Shown here: piece after piece, positions 47,501 through 55,337 of the stretch
How the letters are laid out: each line of letters begins with the position of its first letter
Numbering within the stretch: the first letter of the stretch is position 1
Source of the DNA: an uncultured bacterium
GTDB lineage: Bacteria > Krumholzibacteriota > Krumholzibacteriia > LZORAL124-64-63
DNA length: 64,000 nucleotides
Direction of reading: 5' to 3'
Assembly: GCA_963732385.1 (NCBI GenBank)
Contig: CAVSZB010000007.1
Location: forward strand, 128,001 to 192,000
The notes under the pieces: model-generated
What the model saw: the letters and a program-made list of their open reading frames with translations, nothing else
Databases searched by the model: none
Told to the model about the DNA's origin: nothing
Made by a program: the position numbers and the translations under genes

Positions 47501-47704
47501 AAGAGCCAGGTTGAGCTGAAAATCTACAACGTGCGCGGCGAACTGGTGAGGACGTTGCTGAACGAGAACATGGATGCGACGACGCACTCCGTGATCTGGA
47601 ACGGTCGCAACTCAGACGGTCAGTCGGTCGCTTCGGGCGTGTACTTCTACAGCCTGAAGGCCGGCAGCTACGAGAAGATGGAGAAGATGACGCTGGTGAA
47701 GTAA
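44561..47704 (+). CDS. Large secreted protein (about 1047 aa) with C-terminal FlgD-Ig / T9SS-like sorting domain
   Basis: Signal peptide; W/Y/D/N/G-rich beta body; NFPNPFNPSTKIEF...IYNVRGELVRTL...WNGRN..GQSVASGVYFY...KMTLVK. Confidence 0.9.
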   Translation: MKRLTFTVCLSLALFASLAIADDSSRDDSRQTRHYPVSAIGANTCRLDGGPVSGGKAADDTVYIMGGPARLDGKFQTSSKALVPDDQGWTGRDLTNMTATWHISDFNCANLDPLGAANLAMWCGETFASGCTEEDPVEGYGNNYLLWLDWYSLPVANNTTSTDVTVRAIFNSNSEKRYDYLILQVEQLGVMQQAGKTAAWDGVNIAKEVEVTFAVEPGSYVGDNFDQVHLRWLGYSDVAWSDDDCYWPSNGLAQLDNIEVLFGKLHAEVRQTYDTFQPGDPVNWVNVKAPYVGDFHKVWPLLGDGDMCSTNYTPQMAFIDDGIVVPGTGGTQCTTWNYGPGGWGVTTTGGLAGSDYAIFNDVWSLPMDWPGGATGGYDGCYYLWDIYNHLPMDNGLTYKWSIRTSRDGGLTWPSGWKDFNTYWYGGILGEYYVHGESVTSLLNAGRNKVQIALGVAEPWIEDYTNNDNTPSPYFDNVRLLAFPFTGPALAYNGDWNMFNDGWPENPEIDYTDLAQNWVRVDIAGNTDDVLNTPGDSVAVTVKAVRNGAVLTGPPTMHVKMKMNPLFDAVRTAIPSGFTQDGPYLYGTVVGDTVWNSAVPPVRVPNLFQFDLPDTGFFFPGDSFHYYFRAEDTVGGVVGVSQMPRDTTGFSYFPGDLHYDSYRYYELWKIDALPTMSITISPDKGDTTFVQPKVLFWDDSQDRGNQNEWFAALDNLGFRQGIDYDIYCNAGPSSALGNGLGGRTNALKMSGYNTLLYTSGSLDAYTISSSTKGDVGNDIFVLDSWLTQGDKNFFATGDNIIQDMSRSGVNAVLFRDKWFKVAYNGFNVTPLIGGQMSPHVSPITVPDAPVLTKPYITQGGCANYICDFDAVTAVAPAVRIAQFTSPTGALGVYPYAAAVYNNVTDNTARVVFMPYDLSAIWDGAPTGGIAVRSQILMDVMSFFGHYPGGTAVGVTPEAVFTARNFPNPFNPSTKIEFTLPAKSQVELKIYNVRGELVRTLLNENMDATTHSVIWNGRNSDGQSVASGVYFYSLKAGSYEKMEKMTLVK

Positions 47705-47734
47705 TCCGGTTGCTTCACGGCCGAGTCTCAAGGG

Positions 47735-47770
47735 AGCGGCCCCCCCCGTACGGGGGGGGCCGCTTCTGTT
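47735..47770. terminator. Hairpin terminator between convergent genes
   Basis: Perfect palindrome AGCGG-C8-GTAC-G8-CCGCT (47735-47764) followed by TCTGTT. Confidence 0.75.
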
Positions 47771-47857
47771 GGGGTGCGCCGGTCAGGGGCGCCGATTAGA
47801 AGGGACGCCGTGGTAGAACTCGACGTCCCCATCCCGATTAGCAGTTGTTGCAGCCGG

Positions 47858-48130
47858 TCAGGCGAGCTTCGAGCGCTCGTCGCGGATGGCCTGTTTTCCC
47901 GCCTCGACCGCGGCGGCCAGTTCGGCCTTTTTGGCATCCACGAAGCCGCGGGTCTCCTCGCGGATTTCGCCCGTCTTTTCGCGCAGTTCGCGTCCTTTGT
48001 CGCCGATCAGTTCCCGGGTCTCCTTGCCGGAACGGGGAGCGTAGAGCAGCGCGAACCCGGCGCCGAGCAGGGCACCCACGGCGAATGCCACCACCACACC
48101 GCCCGCGTAACCGTTTCCTTCCTCGGACAT
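47858..48130 (-). CDS. YtxH-domain protein
   Basis: FAVGALLGAGFALLYAPRSGKETR signature; GGAGGAG RBS. Confidence 0.92.
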   Translation of the reverse strand: MSEEGNGYAGGVVVAFAVGALLGAGFALLYAPRSGKETRELIGDKGRELREKTGEIREETRGFVDAKKAELAAAVEAGKQAIRDERSKLA

Positions 48131-48131
48131 G

Positions 48132-48563
48132 TCAGTCTCCTCCCTGTGATTCCGGAATTGACGCGGCGCCGCGACGGCGGTGCCGGAATACGTCCATGAA
48201 TGCGCCGATACCGACGCGCGCCAGACCGACCGCGCGCATGGTCGACAGAAGCGGCGGTTCAATAGCCTCATCCACCTGCGTGATGACGTGGTCGGCGCGT
48301 TCCGTCCAGTCGCGCACGGTGCCGACCACCATTTCCACGTGATGCCACTCGCGCTCGACGCGGGTGGAGAGGTCGCCCAGCCGCGCGAGCGTATCGCGCG
48401 AATCGCGGACCAGTGCAGAGACGTCCCCGCGGAGATCCTGCACGGCAACGGAGATCTGGTCGGCCTGACGGCGCACCTGAAGGATGGCTGGCACCAGGGT
48501 CGCCACGAGCGCCACGAAAGCGAAAGCGGCCAGGCCGATAGCGATTTGCAGGGGGACAGACAT
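48132..48563 (-). CDS. DUF948 (YtxG/YoxC-like) protein
   Basis: N-terminal TM followed by coiled coil; canonical partner directly upstream of ytxH. Confidence 0.8.
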   Translation of the reverse strand: MSVPLQIAIGLAAFAFVALVATLVPAILQVRRQADQISVAVQDLRGDVSALVRDSRDTLARLGDLSTRVEREWHHVEMVVGTVRDWTERADHVITQVDEAIEPPLLSTMRAVGLARVGIGAFMDVFRHRRRGAASIPESQGGD

Positions 48564-48589
48564 CACGCTCTCCAGGTTCAGCCGGCCCG

Positions 48590-48640
48590 ATTCTATACCG
48601 CAACAAACGACATGTTAACAAGGAATTAATGTTCCGTCAA
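48590..48640 (-). promoter_or_regulatory. Overlapping sigma-70-type promoters of the DUF948-ytxH operon
   Basis: Minus strand TTGACG-N17-TAACAT (48640-48612) and TTAACA-N17-TAGAAT (48618-48590). Confidence 0.65.
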
Positions 48641-48673
48641 GGTATTCAGAAGGCAGGGGTTTCGGCGTCGGAC

Positions 48674-48725
48674 AAAAAAACCGTCCCGGACTGCATGCGA
48701 CGAGCGCAGGGAACAGCCCGGGACG
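48674..48725 (-). terminator. Intrinsic terminator downstream of the small peptide ORF
   Basis: Minus strand CGTCCCGGGCTG...CAGTCCGGGACG stem (one G:U pair) followed by T7. Confidence 0.8.
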
Positions 48726-48740
48726 CCTAGGACTCTTCGA

Positions 48741-48806
48741 TCATTTCCTCAGCCACCAGAAAAGATCAATGACGGCGAGGACGAGTACCAGACTCTCCAT
48801 TTTCAA
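48741..48806 (-). CDS. Small hydrophobic peptide (MK)MESLVLVLAVIDLFWWLRK, 19-21 aa
   Basis: GAGGAGG 6 nt before an in-frame TTG (ATG at 48800), own promoter motif and terminator; below the ORF-track length cutoff. Confidence 0.65.
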   Translation of the reverse strand: MKMESLVLVLAVIDLFWWLRK

Positions 48807-48884
48807 GTCCCGCCTCCTCGGTTTGTGGAACCCCTTGGCGACGGCCCTCCCCAGTGAGGGCGGCACACGGAGTGTCCGCTGCCT

Positions 48885-48911
48885 GTTTCGCCGGCTTCCG
48901 TAATGGCTTTA
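48885..48911 (-). promoter_or_regulatory. Sigma-28-type promoter for the small peptide
   Basis: Minus strand (C)TAAAG-N14-GGCGAAAC. Confidence 0.45.
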
Positions 48912-48961
48912 GCATTATTCGCGCCCGGATCAGGGCAAACTGCGAGCGGGACCTGGAGAAG

Positions 48962-51469
48962 TCACAAAGGGCAGACCTGCAACAACATGAGGGTGCGATC
49001 GTCCCCGCGCTCGGTCCCGCCGAAGGCCGAAACGGTGGCAAAGATCTGCTCGCGCAGCCCTTCGAGCGAGCGGTGCAGATTAATCTGCACAGTCGCGACG
49101 AGACGCTCCAGGTCGAAAAATTCCCCGGCCGCGTCGGTCTCGTCGATGAGACCGTCGGTGAACGCCAGCAGCAGATCGCCGGGGCGCAGGCGCAGGGTGC
49201 CGCGGCGATACGCGCGACCGGCGGAGGCGGCGAGCATCGGCCCGCCACGCCGCAATTCGCAGGCCCGTGGCGCGCCGGCGCGGAACAGCAACGGCGGGTT
49301 CATGCCGGCGTTGCAGTACTGCAGGCTGCCGTTCGCCGGATCGTACACGCCGTAGAAGAAGCTGACGAGGTTTCCCGAGGTCTCGCGGCCGCAGGCCGTT
49401 TCGTTGAGGCGCGCGATGACGGTTTCCGGGGCGAGTCCGCCCGCGGCCTCGCTGCGGAAGGCAACCCGCAACTGCGTCATGAGCAGGGCGGCCGGAATCC
49501 CCTTACCCGAGGCGTCGGCGATGGCCAGCCCGACCCGGTCATTCGGCAGCGAAAAGTAGTCGAAGTAATCACCGCCGACCTCATGACTGGCCTCCATGCG
49601 GCCGAGCAGGCGCAGCCCCGGACGTTCGAGCGGCGCGTCCGGCACCAGTCGCGCCTGGATCTGCTGCGCCACTGCCAACTCAGTCTCCAGACGCTGTCGC
49701 GCCAGGCTCTCCTGGTACAGACGGGTGTTCTCGAGTTGTGCGGCGGCGTGCACGGCGAGAAGTTGCAGGTTCGTCACATCGTTCTGGGTGTACAGGGCGC
49801 CGTTGCGCTTGGGGCCGAGGACCACCAGACCGGTCGGTCGGCCGCCGGTCGTCAGCGGCAGCAGCAACTCGCCGCCGAGTTGTTCCAGCAGGACACGCGC
49901 GGATTCCGGATCGGCCGCCAGTTGCGCCTCGGCAAGCTCCTCCGCGAAGACCGGCCGGGCCAGTTGAAAGAGGGCGAGTGGCAGGGGGCTCGCCAACGGA
50001 ACCCGGTAGACGGGTCGCGCCGCGTGGCCGTCGTCCCACGCCGCCGTCTCGGCCATGTCGCCGCGGCGCGGGTCGGCCAGGAAGAGCGACACCCGCGAGG
50101 CTCCGAACAGCGGGTCGAGGCCGGTCACGAGCGCGTGGGCAGCGGCTTCCGTGTCGATCAGCCCGTTCATCTCGTGCCCCAGTTCGGCTACCGCGGCCCG
50201 GCTCTCGCGGCGGGCGGGGTAGAAGGCGCGATCGATCCAGCGCTGAACGAGCCGGCGCGCGGGGAGCGCGGCGAGCGCGCAGCCGGCCACCAGGGCGAGC
50301 GCGAGAGGCTCGGCGTCGATCCGCATGCTCTCGGTGAGGAAATGTCCGGCGAGTCCGACGACGACGACATAGGCCGCCACGAGCAGCAGGGTAAGCATCG
50401 TGTAGGTGAGCCCGTGCCGGATCACGAACTCGGTGTCGAGCGCGCCGTAGCGGAGGATCGCCAGTCCGAAGGAAATCGGCACGAGGGCGAGCGAAAAACC
50501 GAGCCACTCGATATGCGCCGGCCCCGCGCCCGGCGACACGCCACCCAGGAACATCCCGACCAGAAACGGCAGCAGACCCAGCAGCAGGCCCAACAGCACC
50601 AGTCGCAGCTTGGTCTGCTGCACCGGGCGGTCGCGCCGCAGCGCCTTGCGCGCGAAAATGACGAGCCCGGCGACAAAACAGCCGATGAGGTAAAGCAGGG
50701 CGCACCCCTGCAGGAAGGCGACCAGGATCGAGGTCCGGGGATCGAGGCGAGTTGCCTGGGCGTAAAGACTCAGCGCCCAGAGGGGCGCGACCGGCATCAG
50801 CAGCAGGCGCCGCCGGCGCACCAGATCCGGGGCGAGGGATCCGGTGGCCGGGAAAGCGAGGAAAAAGCGCAGGAAGAGGGGAGGAAGCAGCAGCTGCTGC
50901 AGGTCGCGCAGGCTCTCCCGCGCCGTGATCCAGGCGCGCACGGGCGGGACCCACACTTCCATGAGCAGGAACGCGAAGATCAGGCAGAGGGCGAAAAAGT
51001 CGCGCGCCACCGGGTCGCGCCGGCGCCAGAGTACCCACCAGCCGATCATCAGGAAGGCGAGGCCCGAGAGGAACTGGCTCGCGGCCCAGACCACGCGCGC
51101 CCCCGGAGGCGGGCCAGGCAAAAGAGCGGCGTCGAGCTGCGTGTCGCCGCGCCGGACCACCAGGCGCAGCGGCGAGGGTAGGGGACGCGCCTCGATGGCG
51201 GCGTACCAGTCGAGCATCGTGCGGGTGGTGTCCCCGCCGGCGGTGACCAGCCGATCGCCCGTCTGCAGCCCCGCGGCGGAGGCCGGGCCGGCGGGGTCAA
51301 TCGTGGCGATGTCCAGATTGCGCACGCCCATCCCGAGCCAGGGACCGTGCTTCATCTCAAACGCCTTGGGAATCGTCAGCAGAAGCAACAGGGGAGCGAG
51401 CAGAAACAGACCCGCGGCGCGGGATCCGCGCTCGTACCGGCTCCGTCCAGGTCTCGCGTGCCGACGCAT
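48962..51469 (-). CDS. Membrane PP2C/SpoIIE (RsbU-like) phosphatase with PDZ, multi-TM and GAF domains
   Basis: GPASAAGLQTGDRL (PDZ), about 8 further TMs, GAF (LGPKRNGALYT), VGGDYFD, IADASGKG, FTDGL, GDDRT. Confidence 0.92.
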   Translation of the reverse strand: MRRHARPGRSRYERGSRAAGLFLLAPLLLLLTIPKAFEMKHGPWLGMGVRNLDIATIDPAGPASAAGLQTGDRLVTAGGDTTRTMLDWYAAIEARPLPSPLRLVVRRGDTQLDAALLPGPPPGARVVWAASQFLSGLAFLMIGWWVLWRRRDPVARDFFALCLIFAFLLMEVWVPPVRAWITARESLRDLQQLLLPPLFLRFFLAFPATGSLAPDLVRRRRLLLMPVAPLWALSLYAQATRLDPRTSILVAFLQGCALLYLIGCFVAGLVIFARKALRRDRPVQQTKLRLVLLGLLLGLLPFLVGMFLGGVSPGAGPAHIEWLGFSLALVPISFGLAILRYGALDTEFVIRHGLTYTMLTLLLVAAYVVVVGLAGHFLTESMRIDAEPLALALVAGCALAALPARRLVQRWIDRAFYPARRESRAAVAELGHEMNGLIDTEAAAHALVTGLDPLFGASRVSLFLADPRRGDMAETAAWDDGHAARPVYRVPLASPLPLALFQLARPVFAEELAEAQLAADPESARVLLEQLGGELLLPLTTGGRPTGLVVLGPKRNGALYTQNDVTNLQLLAVHAAAQLENTRLYQESLARQRLETELAVAQQIQARLVPDAPLERPGLRLLGRMEASHEVGGDYFDYFSLPNDRVGLAIADASGKGIPAALLMTQLRVAFRSEAAGGLAPETVIARLNETACGRETSGNLVSFFYGVYDPANGSLQYCNAGMNPPLLFRAGAPRACELRRGGPMLAASAGRAYRRGTLRLRPGDLLLAFTDGLIDETDAAGEFFDLERLVATVQINLHRSLEGLREQIFATVSAFGGTERGDDRTLMLLQVCPL

Positions 51470-51541
51470 CTTCCCCTCCGGCGGGTGGTGTCGCCGCGGC
51501 GGGCCGGGTGGCCCGGGCCTTCGCGGCCGGTCAGGTCCGTC

Positions 51542-53215
51542 TCAGCGGACCAGGTTGAGCTTCAGATTCGCAGTCTCCTTCGCCGTGTGCAGCCGGCAGA
51601 GATAGACCCCGCTCGGCAGGAGCCGACCGTGCTCGTCCCGACCGTCCCAGGTGCGCCGCTGCTCGCCCGCCGGCAGTTCGCCGTCGGCCAGTGTCCGCAC
51701 GCGCCGGCCGGCCAGGTCGTAGAGCGCGATTTCTCCGGTGGTCGACGCGGCCAGGCTGAAGGCGATGGTCACTCGCGGGTTGAACGGATTGGGCCAGGCC
51801 GCCAGACGTGGCGGGGCGTCCGGGGTCGACGGGGCGCCGGTCAGGTCGGCGCGCAGCCCGGCCAGATCAGCCAGCGTTGCCGCGGACGCCCGGGTGATTT
51901 GCAGCCCGAGCTTGGCGGTGTCCTGGATATGGGACCAGGTATCGGTGGTCTGATGGTAGAAGGGATAGGCCTCGTAGTCATAGTCGATCGCCAGGAACGC
52001 GGGAATGCCGGCCTGCTGGAACGGCACGTGGTCGCTGCCCCAGCTGTAGTAGTCCTTCACGTATATGCAGGGGGTGAAGGCGGCCACGTTGCTGGCATTG
52101 GTCTGCATCAGCTCCTCCCAGGCGGTTTGGCCTTCGATGTGCAGACCGTAGGTGTGCTGATACCAGGCGACCATGTCGGCGATGATCGCGCCCTGGATCT
52201 GCCGCCCCGTCGCCGTCGCGTCGGCCACGAAATGCTCGCTGCCGTTCATCCCCTGTTCCTCGGAGTCGAACAGCACGAACTGGATGCTCCGGTCGAATCC
52301 GCGGTGCGCGCTGATCCGCGCGATCTCCATGACGAGGCTGGTGCCGGAGGCGTTGTCCTCGGCGCCGGGAGAGGTTGTCGGGGCATCTGCCAGGGGAGCA
52401 GTGGAATCATAGTGTCCGCCGACCACCACATACTCGGCCGGCGCGCTGAGGCCGGCCCTGGTCGCGACGATGTTGCGGCAGGTCACGCTGCCAACCATAA
52501 ACGTGTCGAACTGCACGGTGTAACCGTAGGAGACGAGCTTGTCGGCGAGATAGTCGCCGGCGAGGTTCTTGGCCGCCGTGCTGTAGAAACGTGTATGCAC
52601 CTGCCTGAGCTGTCCGGCGTAGAAGAACGTCGCGTAGCCGGAGATCTCCTGGATGATCTGGTTGAAGGCGGTCTGGCTGAGCGTGTTGATGAAGGCCCGC
52701 TTGAGCGCCGTGTCCACCAGGGCGGTCGCGAGCGGCAGGGGGGCGGTGCTCTTGACGCGCGTGTCGGTGGGTGGCGGGTCGAGCGGCAGTCGCTGCAGGG
52801 AGAGGCCGGCCGCCAGGAAGGGGGCCAGCCGTTCCCGGGGAACCTCGATCACCCACGCGGTGGCACCGGCCGGCCTAACCTTTCCGAAACGGGCGAGAGT
52901 GGGGGCGGAGACGCCGGTATGGCCTGGGCTCCGGGCGCGGACCAGAAAACAGTCTGCGTCGGCGTGCGATCGGTTGAGCGCGGGGCCGAACCGCGTATGG
53001 CCAGGCGATCCGACGCGGTCGACGACGAGCAGTCCGTCGGCCAGCTCCCAGGTCAGCAGATCGAGGGACGGTGATCCCTGCACCACCATGTCGCGGTGGA
53101 CGCCGGGCAGGAAGACGACGCCGCCTGCCCCGGCGGTGGCGGGAAGGATGAGACCGAGTGCCAGACTGAACAGTGCGGCGAGCGACAGGCGGGGTCGCGT
53201 GGGATTCACGCGCAT
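51542..53215 (-). CDS. Secreted M28-family metallopeptidase with FlgD-Ig C-terminal domain
   Basis: GGHYDS, GAEDNASG, SEEQG, ADMV, SDHVPF, YHQTTD; WPNPFNP...WDGRD..G..LPSGVY. Confidence 0.92.
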   Translation of the reverse strand: MRVNPTRPRLSLAALFSLALGLILPATAGAGGVVFLPGVHRDMVVQGSPSLDLLTWELADGLLVVDRVGSPGHTRFGPALNRSHADADCFLVRARSPGHTGVSAPTLARFGKVRPAGATAWVIEVPRERLAPFLAAGLSLQRLPLDPPPTDTRVKSTAPLPLATALVDTALKRAFINTLSQTAFNQIIQEISGYATFFYAGQLRQVHTRFYSTAAKNLAGDYLADKLVSYGYTVQFDTFMVGSVTCRNIVATRAGLSAPAEYVVVGGHYDSTAPLADAPTTSPGAEDNASGTSLVMEIARISAHRGFDRSIQFVLFDSEEQGMNGSEHFVADATATGRQIQGAIIADMVAWYQHTYGLHIEGQTAWEELMQTNASNVAAFTPCIYVKDYYSWGSDHVPFQQAGIPAFLAIDYDYEAYPFYHQTTDTWSHIQDTAKLGLQITRASAATLADLAGLRADLTGAPSTPDAPPRLAAWPNPFNPRVTIAFSLAASTTGEIALYDLAGRRVRTLADGELPAGEQRRTWDGRDEHGRLLPSGVYLCRLHTAKETANLKLNLVR

Positions 53216-53304
53216 CGGGGTCCTCCCGGGAGTTGTCAGCGGCGGCGCGGGCGGTCGGCGGCGCAGACGGACGGGAGACTGCTCCGGAACCGCGAAGTGC
53301 CTTA

Positions 53305-53333
53305 ATGATAACACGTTCCAGCCCGCCTGCCAA
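53305..53333 (-). promoter_or_regulatory. Sigma-70-type promoter of the first M28 peptidase gene
   Basis: Minus strand TTGGCA-N17-TATCAT with extended -10 TG. Confidence 0.55.
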
Positions 53334-53344
53334 GCGACTGCGGA

Positions 53345-54952
53345 TCAACGGATCCGGGCCACCCTCGCCACGGTGGCGCCGGCGCCATCCGTCCCGAGTC
53401 GCGCGAGATAGAGCCCGGATGCGACCGGACGTCCCTGGGCATCGCGTCCGTCCCACGGCACGGTCAGGCCGTCGCCCGGGAGCCACCCTTGCCACAGGTC
53501 GCGCACGAGGCGGCCGCCGAGATCGTAGAGCCGCAGTGCGACCGGTCCGGCGTGCGGCCCGGCAGACATGGTGATGAGTGTGGTGTCCATGGCGGGGTCG
53601 TGCCCGACGGTGAGGCGGAGAGGCGATCCATCCGGCGGATCTCCGCCGGCGACCGCCGGCGCCGCGACCGCAGCGGTGACCGGCGTGCGCACGCCCGCAG
53701 CGGTGACCAGGTCAAGCCGGTAGAGTCGCGCCGCTCCGACCGGTGTCGGCGTGGTGTCGGACCAGCGGGTGGGGCCGGGCGGCGGCGTCAGCGGGGCCGG
53801 CGTGAGCCGCAGCCATTGGCCGCCCGAGGCGCGCATGACCTCCAGGCCGGCGGTGGTCGGCAGGTCGATCGTTTCCCAGACCAGTTCCACTCCGAAGGCG
53901 AGGGGCAGGACCGCGAAGTCGCGCACGACGACCGGCAGTCCGGTGGCGTGCAGGCCGGCCAGGCCGGCGAGGGTCGCCACGACGGCGCGGGTGGCGGCGG
54001 CCCCCTGCGCGGTCTTCGTCGCGATATTGGGCCAGGTGTCGGATATGCTGTGATAGAACGGGTATTGGCGCCAGTCGCGGTCGATGAGCAGGACGGCAGG
54101 TACGCCGGCGTCCGCCAGAGCGAGGTGATCGCTGGTCACGAGGCCGTTGGGACTGAGCTGCACGGAGTCGCTCACGGCGGTGTAGGTGCGCAGCGCCCCG
54201 GCCACTGTTGCGGCCAGCCAGGCGTGTTCGGTGCGCACGTCGAGGATGAGGCCCGGGGAGACGTTGTGCCAGGTGATCATGTCGGTCACGAGCGCCGCGA
54301 CGAGCGTGTCACCGGCGGCGGCGGCGCGGGCCGCGAAGTCGCACGAGCCCTGAAGCCCTCCCAGTTCCTCGGCGGAGAAGAGCACGAAACAGACCGACCG
54401 GTCCCACTGCAGGCCGGACAGGGCGCGGGCAGCGGCGAGCACGAGTGCTGTGCCCGTGGCGTTGTCCTCGGCGCCCGGCGCGAAGATCCTCGCATCGTAG
54501 TCGGAGGCGTAGCTGTCGTAGTGGCCCCCCAGCACGATGAACTGTCGCGGGTGCCGCTCCCCGATGATCTCGGCCACGACGTTGCGGCAGAGGGTCGTTT
54601 CTCCATTGAGGTGGTAGAGGAAGGTGTCAAACCGCGCGGCGTAGCCGAGGTTCGCCAGTTCAGTCCGCAGCCATTCCGCCGCCAGGCCGTTGCCCGCGCT
54701 CCGGATGTGGCGGCTCAGGATGTAGCTCGTGGAGGCGGTGCCCGGCACCGGATCGTAGCCGGAAAGGACCCGCACGTCGGCGCACCAGAGCGCGCTGTCA
54801 ACCCGCGCGATCGCCAGGCGGGCGAGATCGTCAGGAGCCGCGTCTGCCGGGACCGGCAGCAGGGCGGCAAGCAGCAAAGCCTGCAGCCATACCCAGGGCG
54901 AGCCCGCGGCGGGTTTACGGTGACCTGGTGGTGGGCTGGCGAACCGCCGCAT
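53345..54952 (-). CDS. Secreted M28-family metallopeptidase (paralogue) with FlgD-Ig C-terminal domain
   Basis: GGHYDS, GAEDNATG, AEELG, TDMI, SDH, YHSISD; LYDLGGRLVRDL...WDGRDAQGRPVASGLY. Confidence 0.9.
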   Translation of the reverse strand: MRRFASPPPGHRKPAAGSPWVWLQALLLAALLPVPADAAPDDLARLAIARVDSALWCADVRVLSGYDPVPGTASTSYILSRHIRSAGNGLAAEWLRTELANLGYAARFDTFLYHLNGETTLCRNVVAEIIGERHPRQFIVLGGHYDSYASDYDARIFAPGAEDNATGTALVLAAARALSGLQWDRSVCFVLFSAEELGGLQGSCDFAARAAAAGDTLVAALVTDMITWHNVSPGLILDVRTEHAWLAATVAGALRTYTAVSDSVQLSPNGLVTSDHLALADAGVPAVLLIDRDWRQYPFYHSISDTWPNIATKTAQGAAATRAVVATLAGLAGLHATGLPVVVRDFAVLPLAFGVELVWETIDLPTTAGLEVMRASGGQWLRLTPAPLTPPPGPTRWSDTTPTPVGAARLYRLDLVTAAGVRTPVTAAVAAPAVAGGDPPDGSPLRLTVGHDPAMDTTLITMSAGPHAGPVALRLYDLGGRLVRDLWQGWLPGDGLTVPWDGRDAQGRPVASGLYLARLGTDGAGATVARVARIR

Positions 54953-55234
54953 GCAGGCCTCCGACCGGCTGGTGTCGGGGATGTGGGGCGACCTCGCAAA
55001 CCCAATGAGTCCGCCATGACGGAGTATAGCACTTCCCCGATCCCGGTGGGCATGGACGCTTCACGGGCGTCAACATTCCAGACGGCTCTGCGCTGCCCCG
55101 CGGCGCGGTTCGCTCCTGGCGAGTGGGCGGTGCGGCATTCACCCGATCCTGGCTCGGAGGCAATGGGGAGTAAACTAATCATAATCCTGGATGGCCGGAT
55201 TGGACGGGTCGGTCGAAACCGACGTCCCGGCTGG

Positions 55235-55263
55235 TTGACCACCCCGAGGGACGCGTGTAACAT
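55235..55263 (+). promoter_or_regulatory. Sigma-70-type promoter of the valS operon
   Basis: TTGACC-N17-TAACAT. Confidence 0.6.
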
Positions 55264-55337
55264 TGCCTCACTGCGCTCGTTCCGGGCGCCCAGATCCGCG
55301 GGGGCCCACCGCGGCGGTTTTGCCCAAGGAGTGTCCG

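Noticed and set aside
48674..48806. Trp attenuator reading of the WW-containing peptide plus terminator
   Set aside because: The downstream genes are not Trp-related and have their own sigma-70-type promoters after the terminator, so a stand-alone peptide gene fits better. Not fully excluded.
55264..55337. T-box-like ACCGCG upstream of valS
   Set aside because: Only a partial match, the leader after the predicted promoter is about 70 nt, and there is no stem I or terminator.
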